NCBI GenBank assembly: GCA_038045285.1
Contig: JBBSYK010000020.1
Location: 1 to 39,388 of the forward strand
Source of the DNA: Nanobdellota archaeon
GTDB taxonomy: Archaea > Nanobdellota > Nanobdellia > Pacearchaeales > GW2011-AR1
Reading direction: 5' to 3'
DNA: 39,388 nt
The position numbers and the translations under genes were made by a program. The notes beneath the pieces were generated by a model that made no database searches, had not been told where the DNA came from, and was given only the letters and a program-made list of their open reading frames with translations. Below are positions 8,902 through 17,346 of this stretch, piece after piece. The first letter of the stretch is position 1. Each line of letters opens with the position of its first letter.

Positions 8902-10650
8902 TTAACTTATCTTCTCAAATAAATAATCCTCCATTGCGAGATATTTAAGAGACGAGTTTTCAACTGTATGAAGGGCATCCTCTGGCTTAAGAACATTAGG
9001 CTCGCCATGAAGATTGAATGAAGTGTTTAGAACAGCTCCTATTTTAGTCAATTTGCTGAATTTTTCTATAATATCATAATAATCTGCGTTGTATTCTTTT
9101 GTAACAATTTGCGGTCTTATTGTAAAATCATAAGGGTGCATTGCAGCAGGCATTTCTTTTTCTGCTGTTTTAGTAGAATCAAATGTAATCGCCATATACG
9201 GAGAAAAAATTCTTTTCTCATTTAAAATATATTTTTTCTCGAATTTATCCAATATAGAAGGAGTAAATGGCATCCAAAAGTCTCTATCCTTAATAGTTTC
9301 ATTAAGTATGCGAATAGTGTCAATATTTACAGGATTAGCTAAAATTGACCTGTTTCCCAGAGAGCGAGCTCCCCACTCACTTCTTCCTGAACAACGAGCA
9401 ACAATTTCTCCCTTTGCTAAAAGCCGAGCTATAGTGAAATTGATATTTTTTTCTTTTCTTATCCTATATTTATTTCTTAAATTCTCTCTTTCTATCAGTT
9501 CTTCAATATAATAATTATCATATTCAGGTCCTAGATATAAATCAGTTAATGGCAAAGGTAAATATTCCGTTTTGTTTTTCTCGCAGAATAATCTATATCC
9601 GTAAAAGCAGGATCCTATAGCATTGCTTTCATCTCCTGCGCTCGGCATCACAAAAATCTCCTTAACATCAGGCAATTCAGATATTTTTTTATTTGCTTTC
9701 ACATTCATAAAGACTCCTCCAGATAAAGCAACATGTCTTATACCTGTTTTTATTATTGCTTTTTTTATCCATTCACAACAAAGTTCTTCAGTTAATTTTT
9801 GAACTGCTCCTGCAATAGTGTCAAAACGTACATTTTTCATTTCTTGATTAAAGAAATGATCTGCAAAAGGCATATTAAATGAAGAATGAAATTCCAAATT
9901 ATTATCTATCCAGAATAATTTTTTAATTTTTTGATAAACTTCATTTACTTTGTCTATTTTTGCATATGGTGCAAGCCCCATGACTTTAAACTCATGTTCA
10001 AGAGGCTTCATTCCTAAATACATGGTTGCAAGTCCATAAAAATATCCTAATGATGCAGTTTTTCTTGTTTTAGATAAAATTCTTAGGGATTTTCCATCGT
10101 AAATATTTACAGTTGCGCATAATCCGGAACCTTCGCCATCTAGAGTAAAAATTAGCCATTTTTTGCTTTTGTCAAGGTTGCCTATCGTACCAAAGGCATG
10201 CATCAAATGATGATCCGATACTATTATCTTTTTTCTTTCTGCATGAAGCTCTTTTGATAATTGTTTTTTAATTTTTTCTCTGAAATTTTCTTCATTATTT
10301 TCTCTTTTCTTTTCTTTAATTTTATAATAAAAATTAAATAAACTTGGGTAATTATATCCAAAATAGGAAAGCACTTTTCTTTTTAGAGATTTATTTATAT
10401 AAGCATTAAAGAAATTCTTTCCAAAATTTGGATCTCTTTCTATATGGTATTGGTCGTCAAGTACAATTAAATCAACATCATTTAACTTTATTTTTTCTTC
10501 ATTAAGAATGAATTGGATAGAATTATAAGGTATTCCGTGATGATTCTTAATGCGTGAAAAACGTTCTTCACTTATACACGATATAATTTTTCCATCTTTA
10601 AGAAGGCATGCAGTTGCATTATGTCCAATGTTTAATCCCAAAATATACAT
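8902..10650 (-). CDS. Carbamoyltransferase (NodU/CmcH family)
   Basis: 582 aa. N-terminus MYILGLNIGHNATACLLKDGKIISCISEERFSRIKNH is typical of the carbamoyltransferase N domain. The C-terminal domain has RSEWGARSLGNRSILANP and VLNTSFNLHGEP. Confidence 0.9.
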   Translation of the reverse strand: MYILGLNIGHNATACLLKDGKIISCISEERFSRIKNHHGIPYNSIQFILNEEKIKLNDVDLIVLDDQYHIERDPNFGKNFFNAYINKSLKRKVLSYFGYNYPSLFNFYYKIKEKKRENNEENFREKIKKQLSKELHAERKKIIVSDHHLMHAFGTIGNLDKSKKWLIFTLDGEGSGLCATVNIYDGKSLRILSKTRKTASLGYFYGLATMYLGMKPLEHEFKVMGLAPYAKIDKVNEVYQKIKKLFWIDNNLEFHSSFNMPFADHFFNQEMKNVRFDTIAGAVQKLTEELCCEWIKKAIIKTGIRHVALSGGVFMNVKANKKISELPDVKEIFVMPSAGDESNAIGSCFYGYRLFCEKNKTEYLPLPLTDLYLGPEYDNYYIEELIERENLRNKYRIRKEKNINFTIARLLAKGEIVARCSGRSEWGARSLGNRSILANPVNIDTIRILNETIKDRDFWMPFTPSILDKFEKKYILNEKRIFSPYMAITFDSTKTAEKEMPAAMHPYDFTIRPQIVTKEYNADYYDIIEKFSKLTKIGAVLNTSFNLHGEPNVLKPEDALHTVENSSLKYLAMEDYLFEKIS

Positions 10651-10674
10651 AAAAAAGTCTAAATTGCGTTACTT

Positions 10675-11661
10675 TTAAGTTTTATTATGATGCTCTTTAT
10701 TCATGAATTCCCTTAATTTTCCTTCTTTTATTTTTTTAATATTATGCAAGCAGTAAAATAATGATTTAAAATAAAATTTCATCTTTAATAAATCATGTCC
10801 TTTTCTCGTCATTAGGAGCTTCAGAGGTCTTAGAATCGATATTCCTATTAGTGACCAAATAAAAATTACCTTTTCTCTCCAATTTTTATTCAAATTCTTA
10901 AAATTAAAATAAAAATGATCTATTTGATTTATATATGACATCTTTTCAGTTGGATATCTTTCTATATTTGATACTCTATGCAATAAATTTGCATAAGGAG
11001 TAATATATAATGAATTTTGATGTTTCTGAGATAAACGATAACTGAAATCTATATCTTCAGCAATAGTGTACCCAAGAAGATTTTCGTCAAAACTCTGCTC
11101 TTTAAACACAGATCTCTTGTAAGCCATGTTGACTCCAGATATCCATTGAGATTTTATTATTTTTGAGAGTTTTGAAGGATATGTATTGCCATATGCGGAG
11201 ATTATCCTTGCATTTTCATCTTCAGGAAAAGATAAGCAAAAGATTTTCCTTAAAAGTTTCTCAATTTTATTCATATTTCTTATATCATCTGATGGAACAT
11301 AAGCTGCAGCACCTTTTGCCTCTTTATACCCATTAAAAATTTTTAAAATTCCAGTAAAATAATTCTCTCCAAGATCAACGTCATCATCAATAAAACATAT
11401 AACTTTTGTTTTTTTATTAGTTTTTTTTACTCCTAAATTTCTGGCAATTGTTATAGAAGGCGTTTCTGAGAAAACATACTTAACTTTTTTATTTTTTATT
11501 TTTTTAATTAATTCAAATGTTTTTTTATCTGTACTCTGATCAACTACAATTACTTCCTTCAATTTAGAAATATGAGGTTTTAATTTATTTAGAGTTTTCT
11601 TAACATCTTCCTGTCTATTATACGTAGGCACTATAACTGTAATATCTTTTTGTTCATACAT
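10675..11661 (-). CDS. Family 2 glycosyltransferase
   Basis: ITVIVPTYNRQEDVKKTL, VVDQSTD, FIDDDV (DxD); length and position fit. Confidence 0.85.
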   Translation of the reverse strand: MYEQKDITVIVPTYNRQEDVKKTLNKLKPHISKLKEVIVVDQSTDKKTFELIKKIKNKKVKYVFSETPSITIARNLGVKKTNKKTKVICFIDDDVDLGENYFTGILKIFNGYKEAKGAAAYVPSDDIRNMNKIEKLLRKIFCLSFPEDENARIISAYGNTYPSKLSKIIKSQWISGVNMAYKRSVFKEQSFDENLLGYTIAEDIDFSYRLSQKHQNSLYITPYANLLHRVSNIERYPTEKMSYINQIDHFYFNFKNLNKNWREKVIFIWSLIGISILRPLKLLMTRKGHDLLKMKFYFKSLFYCLHNIKKIKEGKLREFMNKEHHNKT

Positions 11662-11693
11662 AAAATACTCCTCTCAATATAAGTTAAAAAAGG

Positions 11694-12602
11694 TTACTTT
11701 TTCTTAAAAACATCAACACTCTGGCTTCCAGCAAAAAAACCTTTCCAAAAACCTTTTACATAGTTAATATGCATGAAAGGAATGACTGCTGTATAATAAG
11801 GATACAAAGATACGCCTTTTTTAAATGGATAGCTTATTAAGAAAGGAATTATACCTAAAACTGGAAGAGCTTTAAATATGCCTACATGCCACCTAGGCAT
11901 TTTCCTTCCATGAATTCTAACAAGTGTGCCAAAACCATTCGCATATTGAATAACCTTTTCTAGTCTAGTTTTAAAGTCAGTTGGATGATAGTGTATTATT
12001 GCCGCATCTGGATAACCAATCTTGCCTTCTTTTTTCAGTTTAATATACAGATCAAAGTCCTCCCCAGCTGTTCTAAAGTCTTTATCGTTAAAAAACCCAA
12101 CATTACTTAGATTTGTCAACCTATAAGCACATCCCTTTTCATCCAATAAAGGTCTAATTGTTCCTTTTTCCTGCAGCATAATCGCCTTGCCAAAATTATC
12201 TAGTTTCTCCCACAGTTCATCTGGAAACTGAACTTTTGAAACAGTAGCCACTATTTCCTTATCCTCAAACGGTTTAACTAAATTTTGAAGCCAATTTTCT
12301 CCCAGGGGAATGCAATCCTGCTGCAAAACTATTACAATATCGTTTTTTGCTTTTTTAATGCCTGCATTCATTGATGAAGCAAAACTAAGGTTTTCATTAA
12401 CCTCAAACACATTAATTCTCATTTTTCTTGACCTTTTCTTAAAAGAATTAATTAATCTTAAGCATTCTTCATCAATTTTCTTATTCACAACTTCAATTTC
12501 TATCTTAAACTCATTTTTTTGATTTTCCAAAGATTTCAATATTTTCTCTAATAAAAATAATTTTGGCTGATAAAGATTAAAAACTATTGAGACTTTTTTC
12601 AT
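11694..12602 (-). CDS. Family 2-like glycosyltransferase with C-terminal membrane segment
   Basis: VSIVFNLYQP, GIKKAKNDIVIVLQQDCIP, hydrophobic C-terminus. Start moved to the second ATG (12602, MKKVSIV) because TTTATATA then sits exactly at -29. The ORF-track start is 12611. Confidence 0.65.
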   Translation of the reverse strand: MKKVSIVFNLYQPKLFLLEKILKSLENQKNEFKIEIEVVNKKIDEECLRLINSFKKRSRKMRINVFEVNENLSFASSMNAGIKKAKNDIVIVLQQDCIPLGENWLQNLVKPFEDKEIVATVSKVQFPDELWEKLDNFGKAIMLQEKGTIRPLLDEKGCAYRLTNLSNVGFFNDKDFRTAGEDFDLYIKLKKEGKIGYPDAAIIHYHPTDFKTRLEKVIQYANGFGTLVRIHGRKMPRWHVGIFKALPVLGIIPFLISYPFKKGVSLYPYYTAVIPFMHINYVKGFWKGFFAGSQSVDVFKKK

Positions 12603-12623
12603 ATTTTTCATTATTTTCAGGAT

Positions 12624-12631
12624 TATATAAA
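12624..12631 (-). promoter_or_regulatory. TATA box (TTTATATA on the minus strand), 29 nt upstream of ATG 12602
   Basis: Read directly from the sequence; one half of a divergent promoter pair. Confidence 0.45.
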
Positions 12632-12643
12632 TTTTATTGGCTT

Positions 12644-12655
12644 TGACTTAAGTCA
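12644..12655. promoter_or_regulatory. Perfect 12-bp palindrome TGACTTAAGTCA between divergent TATA boxes
   Basis: Lies between TATA 12624-12631 (-) and TATA 12689-12696 (+). Candidate regulator site; a short AT-rich palindrome could arise by chance. Confidence 0.25.
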
Positions 12656-12688
12656 CAAATAACTCAATACCAATAAACCACAGCATAA

Positions 12689-12696
12689 TTTAAATA
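12689..12696 (+). promoter_or_regulatory. TATA box TTTAAATA, 29 nt upstream of ATG 12718
   Basis: Read directly from the sequence; same spacing rule. Confidence 0.45.
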
Positions 12697-12717
12697 TCCT
12701 GGAAATAAATAAAATCC

Positions 12718-13188
12718 ATGAATGAAAGTGTAAAAAAGGTAATTGAAGGAGTTGTTATAGCACCAATGAAAAGAATACCTGATGAAAGGGGAGCAATTTA
12801 TCATATGATGAGAGCTGATGATCCTGTTTTCAAGCAATTTGGAGAGGTTTATGGTTCATGGGTTCATCCAGGAGCAATAAAATCATGGCATTTACATAAG
12901 ACAATGACTCTAAATTACGTGGTTCCTGTCGGAAAGATAAAACTAGTTTTGTATGATACGAGAGATAATTCATCAACAAAAGGAGTTTTAATGGAAATTT
13001 TTATGGGAAAAGACAATTACGCTAGAGTTACTGTTCCTCCAGGTGTTGTAAATGGATTTAAAGGTATCGGAACAGAAGACTCATTAGTAATAAATATAGC
13101 CTCTCATTCGCATGATCCTGATGAAATAGTTAGAATTGATCCTTTCACAAAAGATATTCCTTATAATTGGGAGATAAAACATGGTTGA
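12718..13188 (+). CDS. RmlC-like cupin (dTDP-4-dehydrorhamnose 3,5-epimerase / sugar ketoisomerase family)
   Basis: DERGAIY...FGEVYGSWVHPGAIKSWHLHK...GKIKLVLYDTRDNSST matches the RmlC/FdtA-like pattern D.RG...n.S....lRG.H.H....v..G.i..v.vD.R. At 156 aa it is short for a canonical RmlC. Confidence 0.7.
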   Translation: MNESVKKVIEGVVIAPMKRIPDERGAIYHMMRADDPVFKQFGEVYGSWVHPGAIKSWHLHKTMTLNYVVPVGKIKLVLYDTRDNSSTKGVLMEIFMGKDNYARVTVPPGVVNGFKGIGTEDSLVINIASHSHDPDEIVRIDPFTKDIPYNWEIKHG

Positions 13189-13205
13189 TAAGGATTAATC
13201 AAATA

Positions 13206-14072
13206 ATGAAAATCTTAATTACAGGAAGTGCAGGATTTGTCGGGAAAAATCTATTCAATTATTTAAAAAATGAGCATGAAGTTTATGGAATTTCCAGGCG
13301 TACTGGAGAGATAACAACCCATAAGTGTGATATAACAAAGAAAGATGATATTATGCAAGTTTTAAATTCAATTAATCCGGATATTATTGTCCATAGTGCT
13401 GCTTTGACTTTTGTTGATTTTTGCGAAGAACATAAAGATGAGGCTTGGACAATAAATGTTGAAGGAACTATGAATTTAGCAAAATGGTCTTTCTTCAACA
13501 AGAAGAAAGTAATCTATATCTCAACAGACTATGTTTATGCTGGAGAGAAAGGTAATTATTTTGAAGAAAGTGAAACAAAACCAGTAAATTTTTATGGAGA
13601 AACAAAGCTAGCTGCTGAAAAAATTGTCTCTATTCTTACAAATTTTCTTATACTTAGGTCAACTGTTATTTTTGGCTACGAACCCGGAGGCAACAATTTC
13701 ATGATGCAAATAGTTAACTTGAAGAATAACAGAATAATTGTAAAAGATCAAATTAGTAATCCTACTGATGTTCTAGTTCTCTGTGAATATATCAAGCGAT
13801 CTATAGAAAAAAATTTAAACGGAATTTATGTTGCAACTGGCCCTGAAACTGTTGATAGATTTGAATTTGCGTCAATTATTGCTGATGTTTTTGGAATTGA
13901 TAAGAATTTATTGCAAAGAGGAAAAACCTCTGATTCAGGACAAAAAGCTCTTCGCCCGTTAAACAATGGAACTAATTCTTCAAAATTAAGGTCTGTTCTA
14001 GATTATAAATGCCCTTCTTTAAGAGAATCGCTTGAAAATCATAAAAAGATTATGGAAAATGATATGAGTTAA
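13206..14072 (+). CDS. rmlD: dTDP-4-dehydrorhamnose reductase (RmlD) family
   Basis: MKILITGSAGFVGKNL, ISTDYVYAGEKGNYFEESETKPVNFYGETKLAAE. Start set at ATG 13206 rather than the TTG at 13167 in the ORF track. Confidence 0.85.
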   Translation: MKILITGSAGFVGKNLFNYLKNEHEVYGISRRTGEITTHKCDITKKDDIMQVLNSINPDIIVHSAALTFVDFCEEHKDEAWTINVEGTMNLAKWSFFNKKKVIYISTDYVYAGEKGNYFEESETKPVNFYGETKLAAEKIVSILTNFLILRSTVIFGYEPGGNNFMMQIVNLKNNRIIVKDQISNPTDVLVLCEYIKRSIEKNLNGIYVATGPETVDRFEFASIIADVFGIDKNLLQRGKTSDSGQKALRPLNNGTNSSKLRSVLDYKCPSLRESLENHKKIMENDMS

Positions 14073-14081
14073 AAATATTAA

Positions 14082-14273
14082 TTAATATTCTCCTATCTTA
14101 ACCTCTTTAATTTTCTCAAAGTGTTTTTTATTTCTGGTAAAAAGAGTTTCATTATTTATAATTGTAATTGCACCAATCATCATAAGGACGCCGTCCTCCG
14201 CCGTAGGCGGATTTTTTGCGAAGCAAAAAACCTTTAGGAGATGGAGGATGTCACATATCGCATCTAATTTCAC
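14082..14273 (-). pseudogene. C-terminal fragment of a second PIN-domain (VapC-like) gene, its 5' part replaced by a GC-rich hairpin cluster
   Basis: The C-terminal half, LMMIGAITIINNETLFTRNKKHFEKIKEVKI, matches the last PIN strand/helix (D..iaA.A.......l.T.n.khF). The N-terminal 30 aa are encoded by three consecutive perfect hairpins. Confidence 0.4.
14186..14230. repeat. Array of three abutting perfect hairpins with 3-nt loops
   Basis: GGAC-gcc-GTCC (14186-14196), CCGCC-gta-GGCGG (14198-14210), TTTTTTGC-gaa-GCAAAAAA (14212-14230). Locally GC-rich in an AT-rich background. Confidence 0.6.
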
Positions 14274-14689
14274 ATATCTTTTAGGAGGCTAAGAATCTCT
14301 GCAGTTTTCCGCAATTTAACACGATTCTGCTTTTCAAAATGTGTATCATCGCTCCATATGCCGTCATTTTCAACAGCAAGGGCAGTAGCAGTAAAAACAA
14401 CGTCATTTTTATCAATGTTTCCTATGATAGAATTAGCTTCATCCATAAAAGGATCTAATATATTTTGCTGAACAAAATTTATGTAAGAAGTTATCTTTTC
14501 TAATAACTCATGATATTGAGAGGGTGTTAGTCCGGATTTTTCAAGAATAAGTGTTTCATATTTTTTAATTTCGCCTAAAGCTACAAGAGGATAAAAAAAC
14601 TTCCATCCAGACTTTATAATTATTTTTCGCGTTAGAGAATCTTTAATAAGGGCAGCTAGAAGAATATTAGTATCAAGAATAATTCTCAT
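14270..14689 (-). CDS. PIN-domain ribonuclease toxin (VapC-like)
   Basis: MRIILDTNILLAAL (first acidic residue), ...DVVFTATALAVENDGIWSDDTHF (C-terminal acidic residues). 4-nt overlap with the upstream antitoxin ORF. Confidence 0.8.
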   Translation of the reverse strand: MRIILDTNILLAALIKDSLTRKIIIKSGWKFFYPLVALGEIKKYETLILEKSGLTPSQYHELLEKITSYINFVQQNILDPFMDEANSIIGNIDKNDVVFTATALAVENDGIWSDDTHFEKQNRVKLRKTAEILSLLKDM

Positions 14690-14910
14690 TTTAGCCTGAG
14701 CCTTTTTGCCAGAGAATTTTTAATTAAATTAGAAATTTCTTCAACATCATTCTGTGTCAACTTGCTTTTTTGAGCTATCTTTTCTACAGTTTCTAAATCG
14801 TTAATTCTCCTTTCAATTGCTTGCCTAGCTATTTCACTCCATTTAATTTCTCTAAATTGCTTCATTTTTTGAAGTAAATTTTCCGGTATTGATAAAGTCA
14901 TATTTCCCAT
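14686..14910 (-). CDS. Antitoxin-like small DNA-binding protein (RHH/VapB-like)
   Basis: 74 aa. MTLSIPENLLQKMKQF...SEIARQAIERRI fits a ribbon-helix-helix. Overlaps the start of the PIN gene by 4 nt. Confidence 0.6.
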   Translation of the reverse strand: MGNMTLSIPENLLQKMKQFREIKWSEIARQAIERRINDLETVEKIAQKSKLTQNDVEEISNLIKNSLAKRLRLK

Positions 14911-14914
14911 AAAT

Positions 14915-14936
14915 AAATATGTGGATACACATATTT
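14915..14936. promoter_or_regulatory. Putative TA operator: perfect 9-bp inverted repeat AAATATGTG-gata-CACATATTT
   Basis: Begins 5 nt upstream of the antitoxin ATG (14910). TA operons are typically autoregulated at palindromes that overlap the promoter. Confidence 0.45.
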
Positions 14937-15034
14937 AAACCTTCCTGTTTTTTAGAAAAATAATTCAAACAACTCCAAACTCCCAACTGCTCTCCACTTT
15001 CGTTCCCCTGTTGCTGACAAATGTCGCAGTAATT

Positions 15035-15946
15035 CTATAGCTTCCTTAGCAATCCTGCCTTCGCTCCTTGATGCATAAGCACAGAACAAGCTTCTTTATG
15101 TCCAAAAGAAAGCGATTCGTCAATATTTTTGCCTTTAATTATACCATAAACAAATCCAGCACCAAACGCATCCCCTGCTCCAGTTGTATTCAATGGTTTC
15201 AATGATATAAATTTTTTTATAAATAATTTCTTTCCATCAAAAGCATGAATAGGCATCTTTCCATCCGTAATAACAACAACACCATTTACATAATTAGATA
15301 ATACCTCTAACGACTCTTTAATAGATAACTTATTTGTTAATAATAAAGATTCTTCTTTATTAATTATCATTATATCCGTATTTTTCAATATTTCTGATAA
15401 TTTTTTTACACCTCTTTCAGCTAAGTAACTGCTAATATTTAGAGCAACCTTAATATGGTGTTTCTTAGCATGTTTTGCAATAGAAATCATTGTCTTAAAG
15501 CTTTTCCCCATCATTGTAGAGATATAAAGCAACTTGCACCTAATTCTACTAAGATCAATATCTTTTAATTCTAAATCATCATTAATTCCTTTAAATGTTA
15601 AAATAGTTCTATCATCATGACTAGGTAAAATAACTGAGTATCCGCTATTGCCTTTTTTTTCTTTGCCTAAAAATGAAACATTCTCTTTTTTCAATTCTTC
15701 TAAAATTATTTGAGCATGAATATCTGATCCAAGAATGCCAAGATATGCCGTTTTTAATCCCAGCCTTGAAAAAGCAATTGCTGAATTTGTTCCGCCGCCG
15801 CCTGTTGTAATATTAATGTTATCAACAAGGATTTTATCACCTAGATGATAACAAATATCTCTATGACTGCCATAGTTTCTGATTTCCCTATGCATCTTAA
15901 GAAACACATCAATCGTCGCACTGCCTATTGTAATTATGTCATACAT
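15035..15946 (-). CDS. PfkB-family carbohydrate/nucleoside kinase (ribokinase-like)
   Basis: GGGGTNSAIAFSRLG and NTTGAGDAFGAGFVYG signatures. Confidence 0.85.
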   Translation of the reverse strand: MYDIITIGSATIDVFLKMHREIRNYGSHRDICYHLGDKILVDNINITTGGGGTNSAIAFSRLGLKTAYLGILGSDIHAQIILEELKKENVSFLGKEKKGNSGYSVILPSHDDRTILTFKGINDDLELKDIDLSRIRCKLLYISTMMGKSFKTMISIAKHAKKHHIKVALNISSYLAERGVKKLSEILKNTDIMIINKEESLLLTNKLSIKESLEVLSNYVNGVVVITDGKMPIHAFDGKKLFIKKFISLKPLNTTGAGDAFGAGFVYGIIKGKNIDESLSFGHKEACSVLMHQGAKAGLLRKL

Positions 15947-15959
15947 TTTAATTATTTTA

Positions 15960-16925
15960 TTATTTGTTCACTATATTCAATGGCTTATTTTCAATATAAG
16001 ATTTTAAATTTATTATAGTATTTTCTAATGTTTTTTGGAATGACTCTCGGCTATAATATCCAATATGAGGGGTTAGGATAACGTGGCCTTTATGTAATAG
16101 TTTATTTATGAAACTTGAGTTCTGTCCCAATCTCCATGCCTCTTCACCTTCAACAACATCTAAACCTGCTGCAGAAACAATTCCAGATTCAAGAGCTTTT
16201 ACCAGTGCGCTCGTATCAATAACTTTTCCTCTCGAGGTATTAATCAACACAGCGCCTTTTTTCATTTTACTAAATGCCTTTTCGTCAATTAAATGCTCTG
16301 TTTCTTTAGTTAAATTAACATGAAGAGTAATAATGTCCGAAGAGGATAAGAGTTTATCTAAAGATACATAGCTAAAACCCAATTTTTTTGTTAGCTCATT
16401 GTTAGGCAAAAGGTCATAGCCAATTACCTTCATTCCGAATCCTTTTGCAATGTTAATTACTTGCGCTCCAATTCTGCCAGTTCCAATTACTCCAAGAGTT
16501 TTTTCATTTAAAGTGAAACAGTTTAAATCATGCACTGACAGAGAGCTTTTCATCCTAGTTGATTCAATAAGATTTCTTGATAAAGCAAGAAGCAGAGCAA
16601 AAGTATGCTCTGCTACACTATGTTGGCTGTAAGCAGGCAGATTTGACACTTTAATGCCCGCTTTTTTACATGCATCTAAATCAATATGATCAAAGCCAGT
16701 TGATCTTGTAGCTATGTATTTTAGATTAGGAAGTTGTTCTATAATTTCTGAATTTATTTTCGAATAGATAAATATGCACAAAGCATCAGCATCTTTTATT
16801 TTATCTAAATTTTCAGATGATAAAAAATCTTTATAAAAATAAACTTTATTACCCTTTAGATTTTTTGAAAAATATTCTTTTTCTTCCTTTCCAGTTTCAA
16901 AAAATGCTATTTTCATTTTATGCAA
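15960..16925 (-). CDS. D-isomer-specific 2-hydroxyacid dehydrogenase
   Basis: GVIGTGRIGAQV NAD motif; NTSRG, DVVEGE, LTPHIG catalytic-triad context. Confidence 0.85.
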   Translation of the reverse strand: MHKMKIAFFETGKEEKEYFSKNLKGNKVYFYKDFLSSENLDKIKDADALCIFIYSKINSEIIEQLPNLKYIATRSTGFDHIDLDACKKAGIKVSNLPAYSQHSVAEHTFALLLALSRNLIESTRMKSSLSVHDLNCFTLNEKTLGVIGTGRIGAQVINIAKGFGMKVIGYDLLPNNELTKKLGFSYVSLDKLLSSSDIITLHVNLTKETEHLIDEKAFSKMKKGAVLINTSRGKVIDTSALVKALESGIVSAAGLDVVEGEEAWRLGQNSSFINKLLHKGHVILTPHIGYYSRESFQKTLENTIINLKSYIENKPLNIVNK

Positions 16926-17246
16926 TTACACATCTAACTCTTTACTCTCCTTTCTATTTTTTATTTTGCCGTATATAAGACCTATAAGAGATCCAACAAT
17001 AAACACGATAATTATATTTGTTATACCAGTTGATATATAGAGAAACATCATATTACGACTACCTGTTACAACAGCAATAAGAAAAGAGGCACTAATAATA
17101 CTAATACAATAATAAGGACTATTTTCCCAAGACGTACATCCTTTCGAGGTATTACTTATACTCACAATTATAATAAAAAAAACAATTATTAAAATAACTC
17201 CAATCACTCCTCCCTTCAACCAATACGGCCAGTTTTTCCAACTCAT
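16926..17246 (-). CDS. Small integral membrane protein (about 3 TM), unknown function
   Basis: 106-aa ORF with three hydrophobic stretches. It abuts the downstream gene without a gap; a TATA-like TTATATAA lies about -26 to -29 upstream. Confidence 0.5.
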   Translation of the reverse strand: MSWKNWPYWLKGGVIGVILIIVFFIIIVSISNTSKGCTSWENSPYYCISIISASFLIAVVTGSRNMMFLYISTGITNIIIVFIVGSLIGLIYGKIKNRKESKELDV

Positions 17247-17346
17247 TTTTTTACCAATCCTTACTTATATAATAAAGAAGATATATTTATATACGTTCCT
17301 ATATCAATTACAATATTAAAGTAAATTAAAAAGAGCTAATTTAAAA

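Noticed and set aside
13167-13205. N-terminal extensions from non-ATG or upstream starts in the ORF track: TTG 13167 for rmlD, TTG 18715 for the first operon gene, ATG 12611 for the GT2 gene, and GTG 25338 for the orphan ORF.
   Set aside because: Downstream ATGs (13206, 18721, 12602, 25257) give canonical N-termini such as MKILITGSAGFVG, or place a TATA box at the recurrent -29/-30 position. The extension at 13167 would also overlap the upstream gene by 22 nt.
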